64,000 bases of DNA. Origin: Rikenellaceae bacterium. Lineage in GTDB: Bacteria > Bacteroidota > Bacteroidia > Bacteroidales > Rikenellaceae. Made by a program: the position numbers and the translations under genes. Under the pieces are notes generated by a model. That model was not told where the DNA came from. It made no database searches and saw nothing but the letters and a program-made list of their open reading frames with translations. Shown here one piece after another: positions 50,064 through 59,210 of this stretch; the first letter of the stretch is position 1; each line of letters begins with the position of its first letter. The stretch lies in assembly GCA_031549665.1 (NCBI GenBank), contig JAVBPJ010000010.1:5671-69670 (forward strand). Reading direction: 5' to 3'.

Positions 50064-50595
50064 TTACAAGTGTAACTTGCAAAAAGTTGCTAAAGACAAA
50101 AAAAGAGGGTATGTTTGTGGAGAGAAAAAATTACAACAATGAAAGATCGATTGGCCGAATTCCTGAAAAAACAAGAACTTACAGCTGTCAAGTTTGCCGA
50201 GATCATGGAAGTGCAACCCTCCAGCATATCGCACCTCCTGGCGGGACGTAATAAGCCTAATTTTGAGTTTATTGCCCGCATGATCCTACGATTTCCAGAG
50301 TTGAATCCCGACTGGATATTAAATGGCCAGGGAACGATGTATCGATCCAACGGAGAGGAAAGGGATGGGGGACTCCCCCGAAAACCCGCCGAAAATTACA
50401 ACCGTAACGGTGAGTTATTCGATCAAGAAGCCCAAGAGAGGGGAGCTTCGAGGATTACAAATGTAATCAACACGAAAGGAGAAGAAACCAGCAGTCACAA
50501 CGGAGATTTTTCGAGTAATAATAGAGTAGAAAACCTATCAAAAATAACTGATAATGAAGAATTTAATGGATCGAATCAGTCAATTACAAACGTAA
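50064..50595. repeat. Four TTAC-N4-GTAA palindromes (consensus ATTACAAnYGTAAY)
   Basis: Cores at 50064-50075, 50396-50407, 50455-50466, 50584-50595; one-mismatch copy at 49779-49790. Confidence 0.85.
50087..50117 (+). promoter_or_regulatory. Promoter of the XRE-HTH gene
   Basis: TTG at 50087-50089 and TATGTTTG at 50110-50117, 20-nt spacing. Confidence 0.65.
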
Positions 50596-50747
50596 CTATT
50601 CCTTCTTTGGAGCCTGTTGCATCTGTTCATGAAAAACAGGTGAAAGGAGAGGATTTCCCGGCCATCTCCGCCAACTTGGAGCAAATAGTCCTGTTCTACA
50701 CCGACCGTTCGTTTCGGGTCTATCACAGGGAAGAGGAGTCGCAATGA
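50139..50747 (+). CDS. XRE-family helix-turn-helix protein with long linker and short C-terminal beta motif
   Basis: FAEIMEVQPSSISHLLAGRNKP HTH, LNPDWILNGQG, polar linker, C-terminal LEQIVLFYTDRSFRVY; start MKDRL at 50139. Confidence 0.88.
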   Translation: MKDRLAEFLKKQELTAVKFAEIMEVQPSSISHLLAGRNKPNFEFIARMILRFPELNPDWILNGQGTMYRSNGEERDGGLPRKPAENYNRNGELFDQEAQERGASRITNVINTKGEETSSHNGDFSSNNRVENLSKITDNEEFNGSNQSITNVTIPSLEPVASVHEKQVKGEDFPAISANLEQIVLFYTDRSFRVYHREEESQ

Positions 50748-51171
50748 CGCCCCTAAAATCCCTTAATGTTATGTTAAATTTATAAGTAGAGGAGTAATTT
50801 CCTCTGTCGAGTTGCCCCATGTTTCCATTCAACGCACTGATTTTCAGTAATAAAAAGAGCTATTTAGGATTGAAGGCAAGTCTACCAATAGTTCTTCTCA
50901 CGCTTCTTGTTTGCGGTTGTCGATGACTTCCGCTGTTTTGCGGAAGATTTTTTTGCACCTCTCCCGTTTAAAGGGATATTTTGTCGAGTCAGTACAATTC
51001 TCGTCGTGCATGGTTTGACACCTCAATCACGGACTGCGACATTCAAATTTTTAATAATCAGGGAATTAGAGTTTCTATTAGACCATATTAGGGGAGGCGA
51101 TAAATCCCCGCCAATTCCAAGAATAAGCCAAGAACCCAGTGTCCCGTCTTTGTTTCTATAATCACTCTGTA

Positions 51172-51199
51172 AATCATCATTATTTATATTATGTAAAAT
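51172..51199 (+). other. dif-like XerC/XerD recombination site
   Basis: AATCATCATTA-TTTATA-TTATGTAAAAT vs E. coli dif GGTGCGCATAA-TGTATA-TTATGTTAAAT: 20/28 overall, 19 of the last 22. Confidence 0.6.
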
Positions 51200-51285
51200 A
51201 ATCAAAATAAAAGGGAGGAAATGATATACGTTGGGGGGTTATGAATAGAGAGGTGGTGATGGAGAAAATAGAATAGAAATGCATG

Positions 51286-51314
51286 GGCCGTGTACATTAT
51301 TTGTGTACACGGCC
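51286..51314 (-). terminator. Stem-loop after polysaccharide operon
   Basis: GGCCGTGTACA-TTATTTG-TGTACACGGCC. Confidence 0.6.
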
Positions 51315-51384
51315 TACTTCTTCGCCTCTGCCGGAGTGAATGAGGTTGAAGAACCACATTCGCTAATGGGACACGACGAAGTAT

Positions 51385-52593
51385 TTACATTTTACAGTCG
51401 AGGTATTGACCTTTTTCCTTGTGGTCGAAATTTCCCAGGAATTCTTTCATGATAGCCACGATTTGTTCTTTTGAGGGTTCAGCCACGGTAAAGGCTGTGG
51501 TAAGTTCCTCGAACAGGCGGTCGATTTCGGCCACGGGACGCGGATGTATGCCTGTAACGACGCCCAACGAGCTGTAACGCTGCATATCGGTGCTCTCGGT
51601 GGCGGTAAAGAACTCTTCATACTCTTTTTCACCCGTGGTGTTGCTGGCTGAAAAGTAGACGGGGTAGTTGTTGCTTCCCTCTTGTAACGCCGCCGCTCGC
51701 TCGATGGCTTCGGCCTCGCTACCGCACTCTTGGGCGTGGTAACCCAGTTCATGCAATAACCGCACGGCCATTTCCGCGAAGGTCATGACTTGAGCCTTGT
51801 TGAGTTTTGGAAAATAGACTTCCCCACTCTGCCCCAGGATGCAGGCGAGCATGCAGATTTGACCACTCTCGTCGGGCGAAACGAAGTAGCGCGTCAGGTC
51901 GTTGGGCGCTGCGAGCGGCTGGCTTTTCTCGATGCGACGCAACCATCCGTCAGGCAGGCTTCCATTGCTGAATGCTACGTTGGCAAAACGGGCTGTGGTG
52001 ATGGGCAGTCGATCGCTGTACGCCATGATCATGTCTTCCATGATTTTCTTCGACCCGCCCATGATATTCACGGGGTTAGCGGCTTTGTCGGTCGAGACAC
52101 AGAAAAAGTGCCTTGGCGGGAATTCGAGCAACAGATCGAGGAGCTTGCGCGCGCGAAGCACGTTGTTTTCGAGCAGTGCCTGCACCGAATAAATGTCTTT
52201 CTCGCTGCGCACGTGTTTGTGAGCCGAGAAGTTGGCTACAATGTCAAAGCCACCGTAGTGTCGGAACATTTTTTCGAACACGGGGTCGGCAAAGTTCATC
52301 GGGTAGGTCACATAGTCGGCAGGGAGGTACATTCCGGCGGTTGAACGCAGGTCGCGCGTGAGTTCGGTGAGACCATTCTCGCTGATGTCAACGACCACTA
52401 CCCTACCCGGTCGAAATGGCAGTAGGGCTCGCAGGAACGATGATCCGATGGTTCCTGCGCCGCCAATCACCAGAACGGACCGTCCTTCGATTTCGGCGGT
52501 TAGTTGTTGACGATTTGCTTCGATGTCGGGCGCGAACATGGATGTGGTGCGGCCCGTGACGTGTTGGTTTATGAATTTTCGGAGGTCGAACAT
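51385..52593 (-). CDS. UDP-GlcNAc 4,6-dehydratase-like polysaccharide biosynthesis protein (PglF/CapD family, soluble)
   Basis: GGAGTIG, AHKHVRSEKD, VSTDKAANP, RFANVAFSNGS. Confidence 0.88.
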   Translation of the reverse strand: MFDLRKFINQHVTGRTTSMFAPDIEANRQQLTAEIEGRSVLVIGGAGTIGSSFLRALLPFRPGRVVVVDISENGLTELTRDLRSTAGMYLPADYVTYPMNFADPVFEKMFRHYGGFDIVANFSAHKHVRSEKDIYSVQALLENNVLRARKLLDLLLEFPPRHFFCVSTDKAANPVNIMGGSKKIMEDMIMAYSDRLPITTARFANVAFSNGSLPDGWLRRIEKSQPLAAPNDLTRYFVSPDESGQICMLACILGQSGEVYFPKLNKAQVMTFAEMAVRLLHELGYHAQECGSEAEAIERAAALQEGSNNYPVYFSASNTTGEKEYEEFFTATESTDMQRYSSLGVVTGIHPRPVAEIDRLFEELTTAFTVAEPSKEQIVAIMKEFLGNFDHKEKGQYLDCKM

Positions 52594-52639
52594 GATTAGT
52601 TGGTTGTAATTTGCGAAGGTGTATTCTATGGTTGGCGTA

Positions 52640-53452
52640 TTAGCGCAGTAGTTTGTAGTATATGAATTTGCGAATTTTTCCGGGTATCACCCTTACGGGA
52701 AAACGCAACAACACGTTTTGCAGAAAGGTAGCCCAACCAAAAAGTCCACGTTGTCGCAATAACCACATAAGACATACTTCATTTGTAGCGTGTTTCCACC
52801 CTCCGCGCCGCTTAATCATTTCAGGCGAAGTGCGATATAATAGCAGACTTTGTTGTATGTTATAGAACTTGTAGTCGTTCAATACGAGCCGTGCCCAAAG
52901 ATAATAGTCTTCGAAGAGCGGGAATGGTTGGTAGCCGCCAACGGCGAGTATGTCGCTGCGTCGAAACATAACGCTTGGATGGTTCATTGGCGAGCGAGTG
53001 CGGCAATAGTTGGCAAGCTCTTTTGGGGTTTCGGGTAGGCGACGTTGCGAGACGACGTTATCGGGTGTTACTTCGAATTCGTCGATCCATGATCCTACGA
53101 CAGATAATTCGGGATGTTCTTCAAACGTAGTTACTTGCTGCTTGAAGCGCTCGGGTTTTGATATATCATCACTGTCCATTCGTGCTACCAGTTCGTGACG
53201 GCAATGTTTTAGCCCTTCGTTTAACGCCCCCCCCAAACCGAGGTTGATAGGCAAGGTTACTATGTTGTAAATATTAGGATTGGCATCAACGAATTGTTGT
53301 ACCATGGCATCAAGTTCTGGAGTGAGCGGACCGTCTTTGACAAGAACGATTTGTGCAGGCCGGAGTGTTTGGGCAGTGGTTATGCTCTCGAGGGCTTGGC
53401 TCAGGTATTCGACTCGTTCGCGGTGGTATACGGAGATCAGGACTGAAAACAT
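52640..53452 (-). CDS. GT2 glycosyltransferase (AmsE-like)
   Basis: FSVLISVY, VKDGPL, ARMDSDD, NHPSVMF, EDYYLW. Confidence 0.9.
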   Translation of the reverse strand: MFSVLISVYHRERVEYLSQALESITTAQTLRPAQIVLVKDGPLTPELDAMVQQFVDANPNIYNIVTLPINLGLGGALNEGLKHCRHELVARMDSDDISKPERFKQQVTTFEEHPELSVVGSWIDEFEVTPDNVVSQRRLPETPKELANYCRTRSPMNHPSVMFRRSDILAVGGYQPFPLFEDYYLWARLVLNDYKFYNIQQSLLLYRTSPEMIKRRGGWKHATNEVCLMWLLRQRGLFGWATFLQNVLLRFPVRVIPGKIRKFIYYKLLR

Positions 53453-53497
53453 TGGGTTGATTTAGCGAGGCTGTGCAAAAAGGTGTACGCGCGTAAA

Positions 53498-54220
53498 TTA
53501 TTTACCGATTTTTAAGGTCATTTTTTGGAGTAGTCCATATAAGCCGAGCTTGTGCGCCAAGGGCTTTACGTGCATCTTGAATTTCTGAAAAGGCGTATGC
53601 CATGATCCGGCAAAGTGGTGTATGGTATGGGTATTAGGCGTGAGTTCGATTTTTCCGGTGACGTAGGATTTGGCGCAGAAATAGTCTTTGGGAAAGACCT
53701 CAACTATGCCGCGAAAATTTTGGTGCGAGTTGTGTAACGAGAATCCTTGAACGCTCATTCCCTTCGATATGATAGCGACGTTGGTCGTGGTATCGAGCTT
53801 GCCACCGGGAAGCAGGAAGGGACGATGTGCATAATGGGCTAGTTGTTCCGCAATCCATTCGCCGCCTGGTTCGCTTCCCATTATTCCAGTACCTATACGG
53901 GTCTGGTCTTCAAACCCTATAAAAGCGGGATAGAGGAGGAATTCATCAAGCGACTTGACCACTTCGATGTCGGTATCCATGTATATACCTCCCGTGTGAT
54001 ACAGTCCCCATAGGCGTACGTAATCAGCAACGAAAGCAAACTTTCCAGCCTGGTACGCTTCCTTTGTGTATTGCGTGGAGTTGACATCGAAGGTGTCTTC
54101 GCTCCATAGTTGGATCTCATATTCAGGCATGTAGCTCCTCCAGGAATCTATGCATCGAAGTGTTAATTCTGGCATTTGGCCCCGGCCAAACCAACAATAG
54201 TGTATTATTTTAGGTATCAT
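53498..54220 (-). CDS. GT32 (DXD) glycosyltransferase
   Basis: IPKIIHYCWFG, AFVADYVR, GGIYMDTD, HHFAGSW. Confidence 0.9.
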   Translation of the reverse strand: MIPKIIHYCWFGRGQMPELTLRCIDSWRSYMPEYEIQLWSEDTFDVNSTQYTKEAYQAGKFAFVADYVRLWGLYHTGGIYMDTDIEVVKSLDEFLLYPAFIGFEDQTRIGTGIMGSEPGGEWIAEQLAHYAHRPFLLPGGKLDTTTNVAIISKGMSVQGFSLHNSHQNFRGIVEVFPKDYFCAKSYVTGKIELTPNTHTIHHFAGSWHTPFQKFKMHVKPLAHKLGLYGLLQKMTLKIGK

Positions 54221-54244
54221 CGCACATATAAAATGAGTTTGCGA

Positions 54245-55357
54245 CTATAGGTAAAAAGGCGCAAATTGGTATGGGAGTAACCCCTCAACCTTCGCAAGGT
54301 AGGTATTTCCGTTCAGATATAAAATAGTCAGTGCAAGTAGTACCAATATCGCTCCCATCAGGGGGCGTGACCGAGAAGTGACTAGTGTCATAGCAATCGA
54401 GGGGATTATTATGACCTCGGTAATGGAAAAGAAGGTGGCTAAACGACCGGCTACGATCGGAAAATCATGCCATACCATCAGCCAACATACTGACAGAATA
54501 TAGGGTACAAAGAGTACACGGAAGTGCGGGATTTTTTCGCGGAGTGTATTATAAAATCCCAGTCCTATCATTACAAAGAACAATTGTTTGAGTATGGTGG
54601 GATTGGTTAGTACTCCTCGCGAATCATCGCCGACCATCCACATGTAGTCTGAGATTCGCTTGAAGATCCCTCCGGTGGGCAGTGACAGGAGTATTTTCCC
54701 GAAAGGGGCGATATGTGCGATCAAAAAACAGGTTACCACTATGTAGATCCAGGTTTTGAGACTCCAGTTTAATTTGTATAGCGGGTAGATCAACAGGAAT
54801 ATCGCGCAGGCGAGGTGAAAAGTGGAGGCGAGGAATACAGCCAACAGAAATTTCCATAAGTTCTCCCGCTCGATATACTGTATGGAATATAGTAAGATCG
54901 CGGCTCCTATTCCTGCCCGTATTTGGGTCATATCCCGTACGATGAACGTGTGGGTAAAGTAGAAGAGGGTGGCGAATATAAAGTACTTTGATGAATATTT
55001 CTTGTAACACAGAACGTTGATGCTCACGGTGATTATTGCCACAAGCAGAAAAACTATTGTAGGCGATGAACTGAATATGCTGGCCACGTATAGTAGTACG
55101 TTGAATCCGGGTTCGAATATGGCAGCCGAAGAGTTATAACGGTCTCGCAAGACCAACCCTTTTTGGACTATATCCCCAAAAGCATCTGCATAGGCCTGAT
55201 AGTCCACAAAGTCGGGTTGATATCTGAGTCCGCAGAAGACGATCAGTACCGTTGCTATACCAAGCAGCCCCACTTTTCTTTGTGATGCGGCCACGGGGAT
55301 CGTTTCCGTGAATGACAGCAAGGCTATCAATATGAATACCAAGTAGAATGGGGCCAT
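54245..55357 (-). CDS. wzy: EpsG-family polysaccharide polymerase
   Basis: About 10 TM segments; GLRY, EPGF, QIRAG, FHLA motifs. Confidence 0.75.
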   Translation of the reverse strand: MAPFYLVFILIALLSFTETIPVAASQRKVGLLGIATVLIVFCGLRYQPDFVDYQAYADAFGDIVQKGLVLRDRYNSSAAIFEPGFNVLLYVASIFSSSPTIVFLLVAIITVSINVLCYKKYSSKYFIFATLFYFTHTFIVRDMTQIRAGIGAAILLYSIQYIERENLWKFLLAVFLASTFHLACAIFLLIYPLYKLNWSLKTWIYIVVTCFLIAHIAPFGKILLSLPTGGIFKRISDYMWMVGDDSRGVLTNPTILKQLFFVMIGLGFYNTLREKIPHFRVLFVPYILSVCWLMVWHDFPIVAGRLATFFSITEVIIIPSIAMTLVTSRSRPLMGAILVLLALTILYLNGNTYLAKVEGLLPYQFAPFYL

Positions 55358-55366
55358 ACAGCGTTC

Positions 55367-56521
55367 CTACTTTTTAATCAAGTGGGTAAATAGTTCGATC
55401 CATTGAGCCATGATGTGTTCTTGCGAGAAGTGCTGTTGCACTTTCTCGGCAGCTCGACGGCCCATTTCTTTCCGTCTGGTTGGGTTTTCGATCAAGGTCA
55501 GGATGGCTTCGGCGAGTTTTTCGGGCGATCCTTCCGGGGATACCAGCAATCCGTCTACTGTGTCGGTGATCACGTCGCGCGGACCGCACTTGCAAGTGAA
55601 GGCGGCGCCGGGCACTCCGTGGGCCATGGCTTCGATAAGGGTCATCGGAAGCCCCTCGTAGCGCGAGCTAAGCACATAGACCGAACTTTGCAGGTATTCA
55701 CGATCGATATTGACCGAGGGGGGGTGTATGGTAATGACATTGTGTAGACCCAAACGGTCTATTTGCGCTTCGAGGATCTCCTTATCGGGTCCGTCGCCAA
55801 AGATGTCGAGGCGCCACTCAGGCTGTAGGTCGTGTACTATAGTCCATGTATCCAGCAATATGTCGAACCCTTTCTGGTAGGTAAGTCGCCCGGCGGCCAG
55901 TACACGCGTTGTGTCGAGCGTGGCAAGTCCAGTCGGGGCGTATGGACTTGGGTTGTATATCACGTGTATGTTGGGCAGTGGGGGCCAGGCGTGGCGGTCT
56001 TCGTGTGTCAATGCGACGAAGGCGTCGAGGCGTCGCACTGCTCTATCGTAGCTGCTGGTAAATATCCGGTCAACGATGCCCCAAAGACTGCGGCGTGATT
56101 CTTGCTCGCGATGGTGTTTTGAAAAGTGTATCTCGCCCACCTTGCGGCTTCCGTCGCGCAGCCGTGTGAGGAACTGTATCTCGTGGCCAAACATCGACAC
56201 TACGATGTCGAATCGTTCACGCTTCAGCAGCCTTCCGAGCCGCCGCTTGTGTTGTAGCAACTTGACCGCATAACCAAGGGTTTTTACGACGATATTCCGC
56301 CCGTTCGTCGAGCGGTAGTTCACCCCGAGATCCATTTGCCTGATGAGGGGCGAAAGTTCGAAAAAAGGGGTACGCCCTTGTTGGTCGGTGGTCACCACGC
56401 TTACCTGGTAGCCTGCACGCTCAGCCAAGTAGTTGACCTTGAGTATCATCACGCGTTCCATTCCGGCCGGATAATAGGTCGATTGAATGAGATAGGCTAT
56501 TCGTAGTGCTTGTTGTTTCAT
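55367..56521 (-). CDS. GT4 glycosyltransferase
   Basis: AGMERV, AGRLTYQKG, SRYEGLPMTLIEAM. Confidence 0.92.
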   Translation of the reverse strand: MKQQALRIAYLIQSTYYPAGMERVMILKVNYLAERAGYQVSVVTTDQQGRTPFFELSPLIRQMDLGVNYRSTNGRNIVVKTLGYAVKLLQHKRRLGRLLKRERFDIVVSMFGHEIQFLTRLRDGSRKVGEIHFSKHHREQESRRSLWGIVDRIFTSSYDRAVRRLDAFVALTHEDRHAWPPLPNIHVIYNPSPYAPTGLATLDTTRVLAAGRLTYQKGFDILLDTWTIVHDLQPEWRLDIFGDGPDKEILEAQIDRLGLHNVITIHPPSVNIDREYLQSSVYVLSSRYEGLPMTLIEAMAHGVPGAAFTCKCGPRDVITDTVDGLLVSPEGSPEKLAEAILTLIENPTRRKEMGRRAAEKVQQHFSQEHIMAQWIELFTHLIKK

Positions 56522-56606
56522 GACACGAAGTTAGTTATATCACAAGGCTTGTCTATCGGGTGGTGTGTACGAGGGCTATTTTATCCTGTTGGTTTTTTGG
56601 GTTTTC

Positions 56607-57740
56607 TCAGAGGTTACAGAAAAATGTATCGAGTATTTCGATGTTTGGCGTCTCTTCTATTCCGGGGCTTGTGAGGTAGGAGTATATATAGTTGTTTCGC
56701 ACGTCGGGGTTTATGCGTTGTGGATTGATGTTGCCAAGGTCACAGTGGTCGAGGTTGTATATTTTCAGTCCGAGTGTCTTTGCCAGTCGTTGCTGTGCTA
56801 TGCGCATCGTGATTTGTCGGTTGTACGAGTCATTGGTGATCAGTGCCAGCGGCCTGTCGTTCATTATGGCGAACGCTACGGAGGCGGTGTTGTGCATAAA
56901 GACCGCAGCGGCATCTTTGACGAGTTGTGCCGAGCGGTATTTTATAATTTCACGCCCGGAACCGAAGGTCCCGGCAGCGTATTCGGCCTTGGGATGGGCA
57001 GCCACAACAACGTGCAGGTGGCATTGTTGCTCGAAGGTGTCAAAAAATCGGCGCAAGCTGGACTGATACTGCTCTACTCCGCCAGTTTGCTCACCTCGGT
57101 TGTGGTATTTTATGTCGGGGTGCAGGGGGTAAAATTCGTCGAGAAACAGGGCGTAGGGCTCTGTAATCAAGGGTGGATTCTTGTGGGTCTCGTTATACAG
57201 TTCCCAATCGGGATGGTTTATGTGTACATCGGTGTGAGGACCTTGGCCAGAGCGTATTAGGTAGTGGTAAAGTTTAAGGCCTGTCATTCGACGGTAGAGA
57301 GCCCAGATTATGACTTCAATCCTGGTGATCAGTGATTTTATGATTTTGGCAAATGTGGCGTGTCGCAACTTTTCGGCCAGTGTCAGGGTATTGGCAAGCG
57401 CCGCCGTGGCGTAGAGATCGATACGTACGCGTATCGTATTGTGTCTCTTCATCGTACGGAAGAAACGGTGAGATCTTATTCTGTCTCCAGGGACTTCACA
57501 CGAGAATATGACCTGAGTGGTATCTTCCTGTTCAAGTACTTGGTGAAGTTCAGCGATAGTTCTGATATACCGCACATATTGGGCTTCGAGTGTGTCAGCG
57601 AGTTTTTTTCCTGGGTCGAAGTACTGTGACATATCCCAATACTCAATTTCAAAACCGAGATCGCGTAGTTCCTCAATCTTAAATATTGCAACCCGCCTGG
57701 GCGTTAGTGGCTCTATGTCTATGAATATCAGTTTCTTCAT
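56607..57740 (-). CDS. Hypothetical GT-B-like protein, candidate nonulosonate transferase
   Basis: Soluble 377 aa, overlaps wzx stop; VVVAAHPK resembles the HP motif of bacterial sialyltransferases. Confidence 0.5.
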   Translation of the reverse strand: MKKLIFIDIEPLTPRRVAIFKIEELRDLGFEIEYWDMSQYFDPGKKLADTLEAQYVRYIRTIAELHQVLEQEDTTQVIFSCEVPGDRIRSHRFFRTMKRHNTIRVRIDLYATAALANTLTLAEKLRHATFAKIIKSLITRIEVIIWALYRRMTGLKLYHYLIRSGQGPHTDVHINHPDWELYNETHKNPPLITEPYALFLDEFYPLHPDIKYHNRGEQTGGVEQYQSSLRRFFDTFEQQCHLHVVVAAHPKAEYAAGTFGSGREIIKYRSAQLVKDAAAVFMHNTASVAFAIMNDRPLALITNDSYNRQITMRIAQQRLAKTLGLKIYNLDHCDLGNINPQRINPDVRNNYIYSYLTSPGIEETPNIEILDTFFCNL

Positions 57741-59176
57741 TTGCGACGGTTGGGCAAGTAATTTTTAATGAATTCGGCGATTACGTGTCGTTCACTATAG
57801 AGCAGTACGAAGCAAGCCAGCGCAACGATGCCAAATTTAGTCGTTAAATTGAGCCATAAGTTCTCAATACGATTCACGAAGAACAAAGGTGCGTAGATGG
57901 GTACTGAGATTAGTATGATGCGCATGAACTTTCGTAGCGCTGTACCATGTACTTTGATTATCCAGCGATTAATGCCCCAGGCTATTGCTGTCATTATGAT
58001 GTACGATACAGAGAATGAGATGGCGGCTCCAGTTTGTCCCCAGCGTGGTATGGTATAGAGATTCATCGCTATGTTAGCGGCACCGGCCACGAAGACCACC
58101 ACGGATAAATAACCGGTTTTTATTGCATAACCGAAGTTGCGCATGTATACGTAGGCCAGTTGGTAGAACATATACCCTACGACAAAAATCGGAATCAGAT
58201 AGAATGAACCATAAAAATTGCGGTTGGCAAGTATCATACCTATGTTTTCACCGAAGGCGGCGATGACGAAAGCAACGATGATCGTTAGGCGGAATATGCG
58301 TAACTGATCCTTGTCGTGCTGGACATAATCCCTCGCATTCATGTACTCGTAGTAATACGGGTTCCATGCTTGGTGAGCTATAGTGATCGATATTCCGGTC
58401 AGGGCGGCTATGGTGAGCGCCAAGGTGTAGAATCCAGCGTCGGCCATGCCTTGCTCGGCTCCGATTGTGACTTTTGCGAATTGTTCGATGAGTATTCCGC
58501 TCAGGGCATATGGCATGCGTGGTATGGAATATCGTAATATGAAGTAGACAAAGTCGCGCCGGAAACTGAACTCGAAGTATGGTTTTATGCGCTTCCCCCA
58601 ATAAAAGCATAAGGCTATTCCTATCACTATTTGTCCAAGTATTTGACCGTAGTATTTATCGGTACTCATCAACAGGATGCCGACAGCCGACAGGACGAAG
58701 CCTCCCCAGATACGAACCAACGACGTTGTGGCGAGTATTTTGCTCTGCTTCATTACCCCAAATATTTGCTCGAAGGTGAGCCCCCAAACGTTTATAAACG
58801 TCATGGGTATGAGCATCCACACGACTGGTAAGGGCAATCCCACAAGTTTTGCTACATATGGCGATAGAATTAGTAGCACTAGTGAGTTTACCCCGCCTAT
58901 GAGTATAGCTAACAACGATGATGTGCCGACGAATTGCCGGAAGTCGGTATCGCTTTTTTTTGAAAAGTAGTACCGTCCCACCGCACCATCTACGCTGAAT
59001 GTCAGCACTGATCCGAGTATTCCCAGATAGCTCATAAACACGGCATAGATCCCATATTCTTCGCTCGTAAGCAGGTTCGTATATACGGGAATTGAAACAA
59101 AGGCCAATGCTCGGTTTGCAAGGTTGGCCAGTAGGTAGTTTTTGCCGTGGTTGAGTATCTCTTTGAAATTACTCAT
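57737..59176 (-). CDS. wzx: Wzx flippase
   Basis: IPVYTNLLTSEEYG N-terminus, 12-14 hydrophobic segments, IPRWGQTGAA. Confidence 0.88.
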   Translation of the reverse strand: MSNFKEILNHGKNYLLANLANRALAFVSIPVYTNLLTSEEYGIYAVFMSYLGILGSVLTFSVDGAVGRYYFSKKSDTDFRQFVGTSSLLAILIGGVNSLVLLILSPYVAKLVGLPLPVVWMLIPMTFINVWGLTFEQIFGVMKQSKILATTSLVRIWGGFVLSAVGILLMSTDKYYGQILGQIVIGIALCFYWGKRIKPYFEFSFRRDFVYFILRYSIPRMPYALSGILIEQFAKVTIGAEQGMADAGFYTLALTIAALTGISITIAHQAWNPYYYEYMNARDYVQHDKDQLRIFRLTIIVAFVIAAFGENIGMILANRNFYGSFYLIPIFVVGYMFYQLAYVYMRNFGYAIKTGYLSVVVFVAGAANIAMNLYTIPRWGQTGAAISFSVSYIIMTAIAWGINRWIIKVHGTALRKFMRIILISVPIYAPLFFVNRIENLWLNLTTKFGIVALACFVLLYSERHVIAEFIKNYLPNRRK

Positions 59177-59210
59177 ACGGGGGAAGAAAGGTGCTCAAAA
59201 CTGAGGAAGG

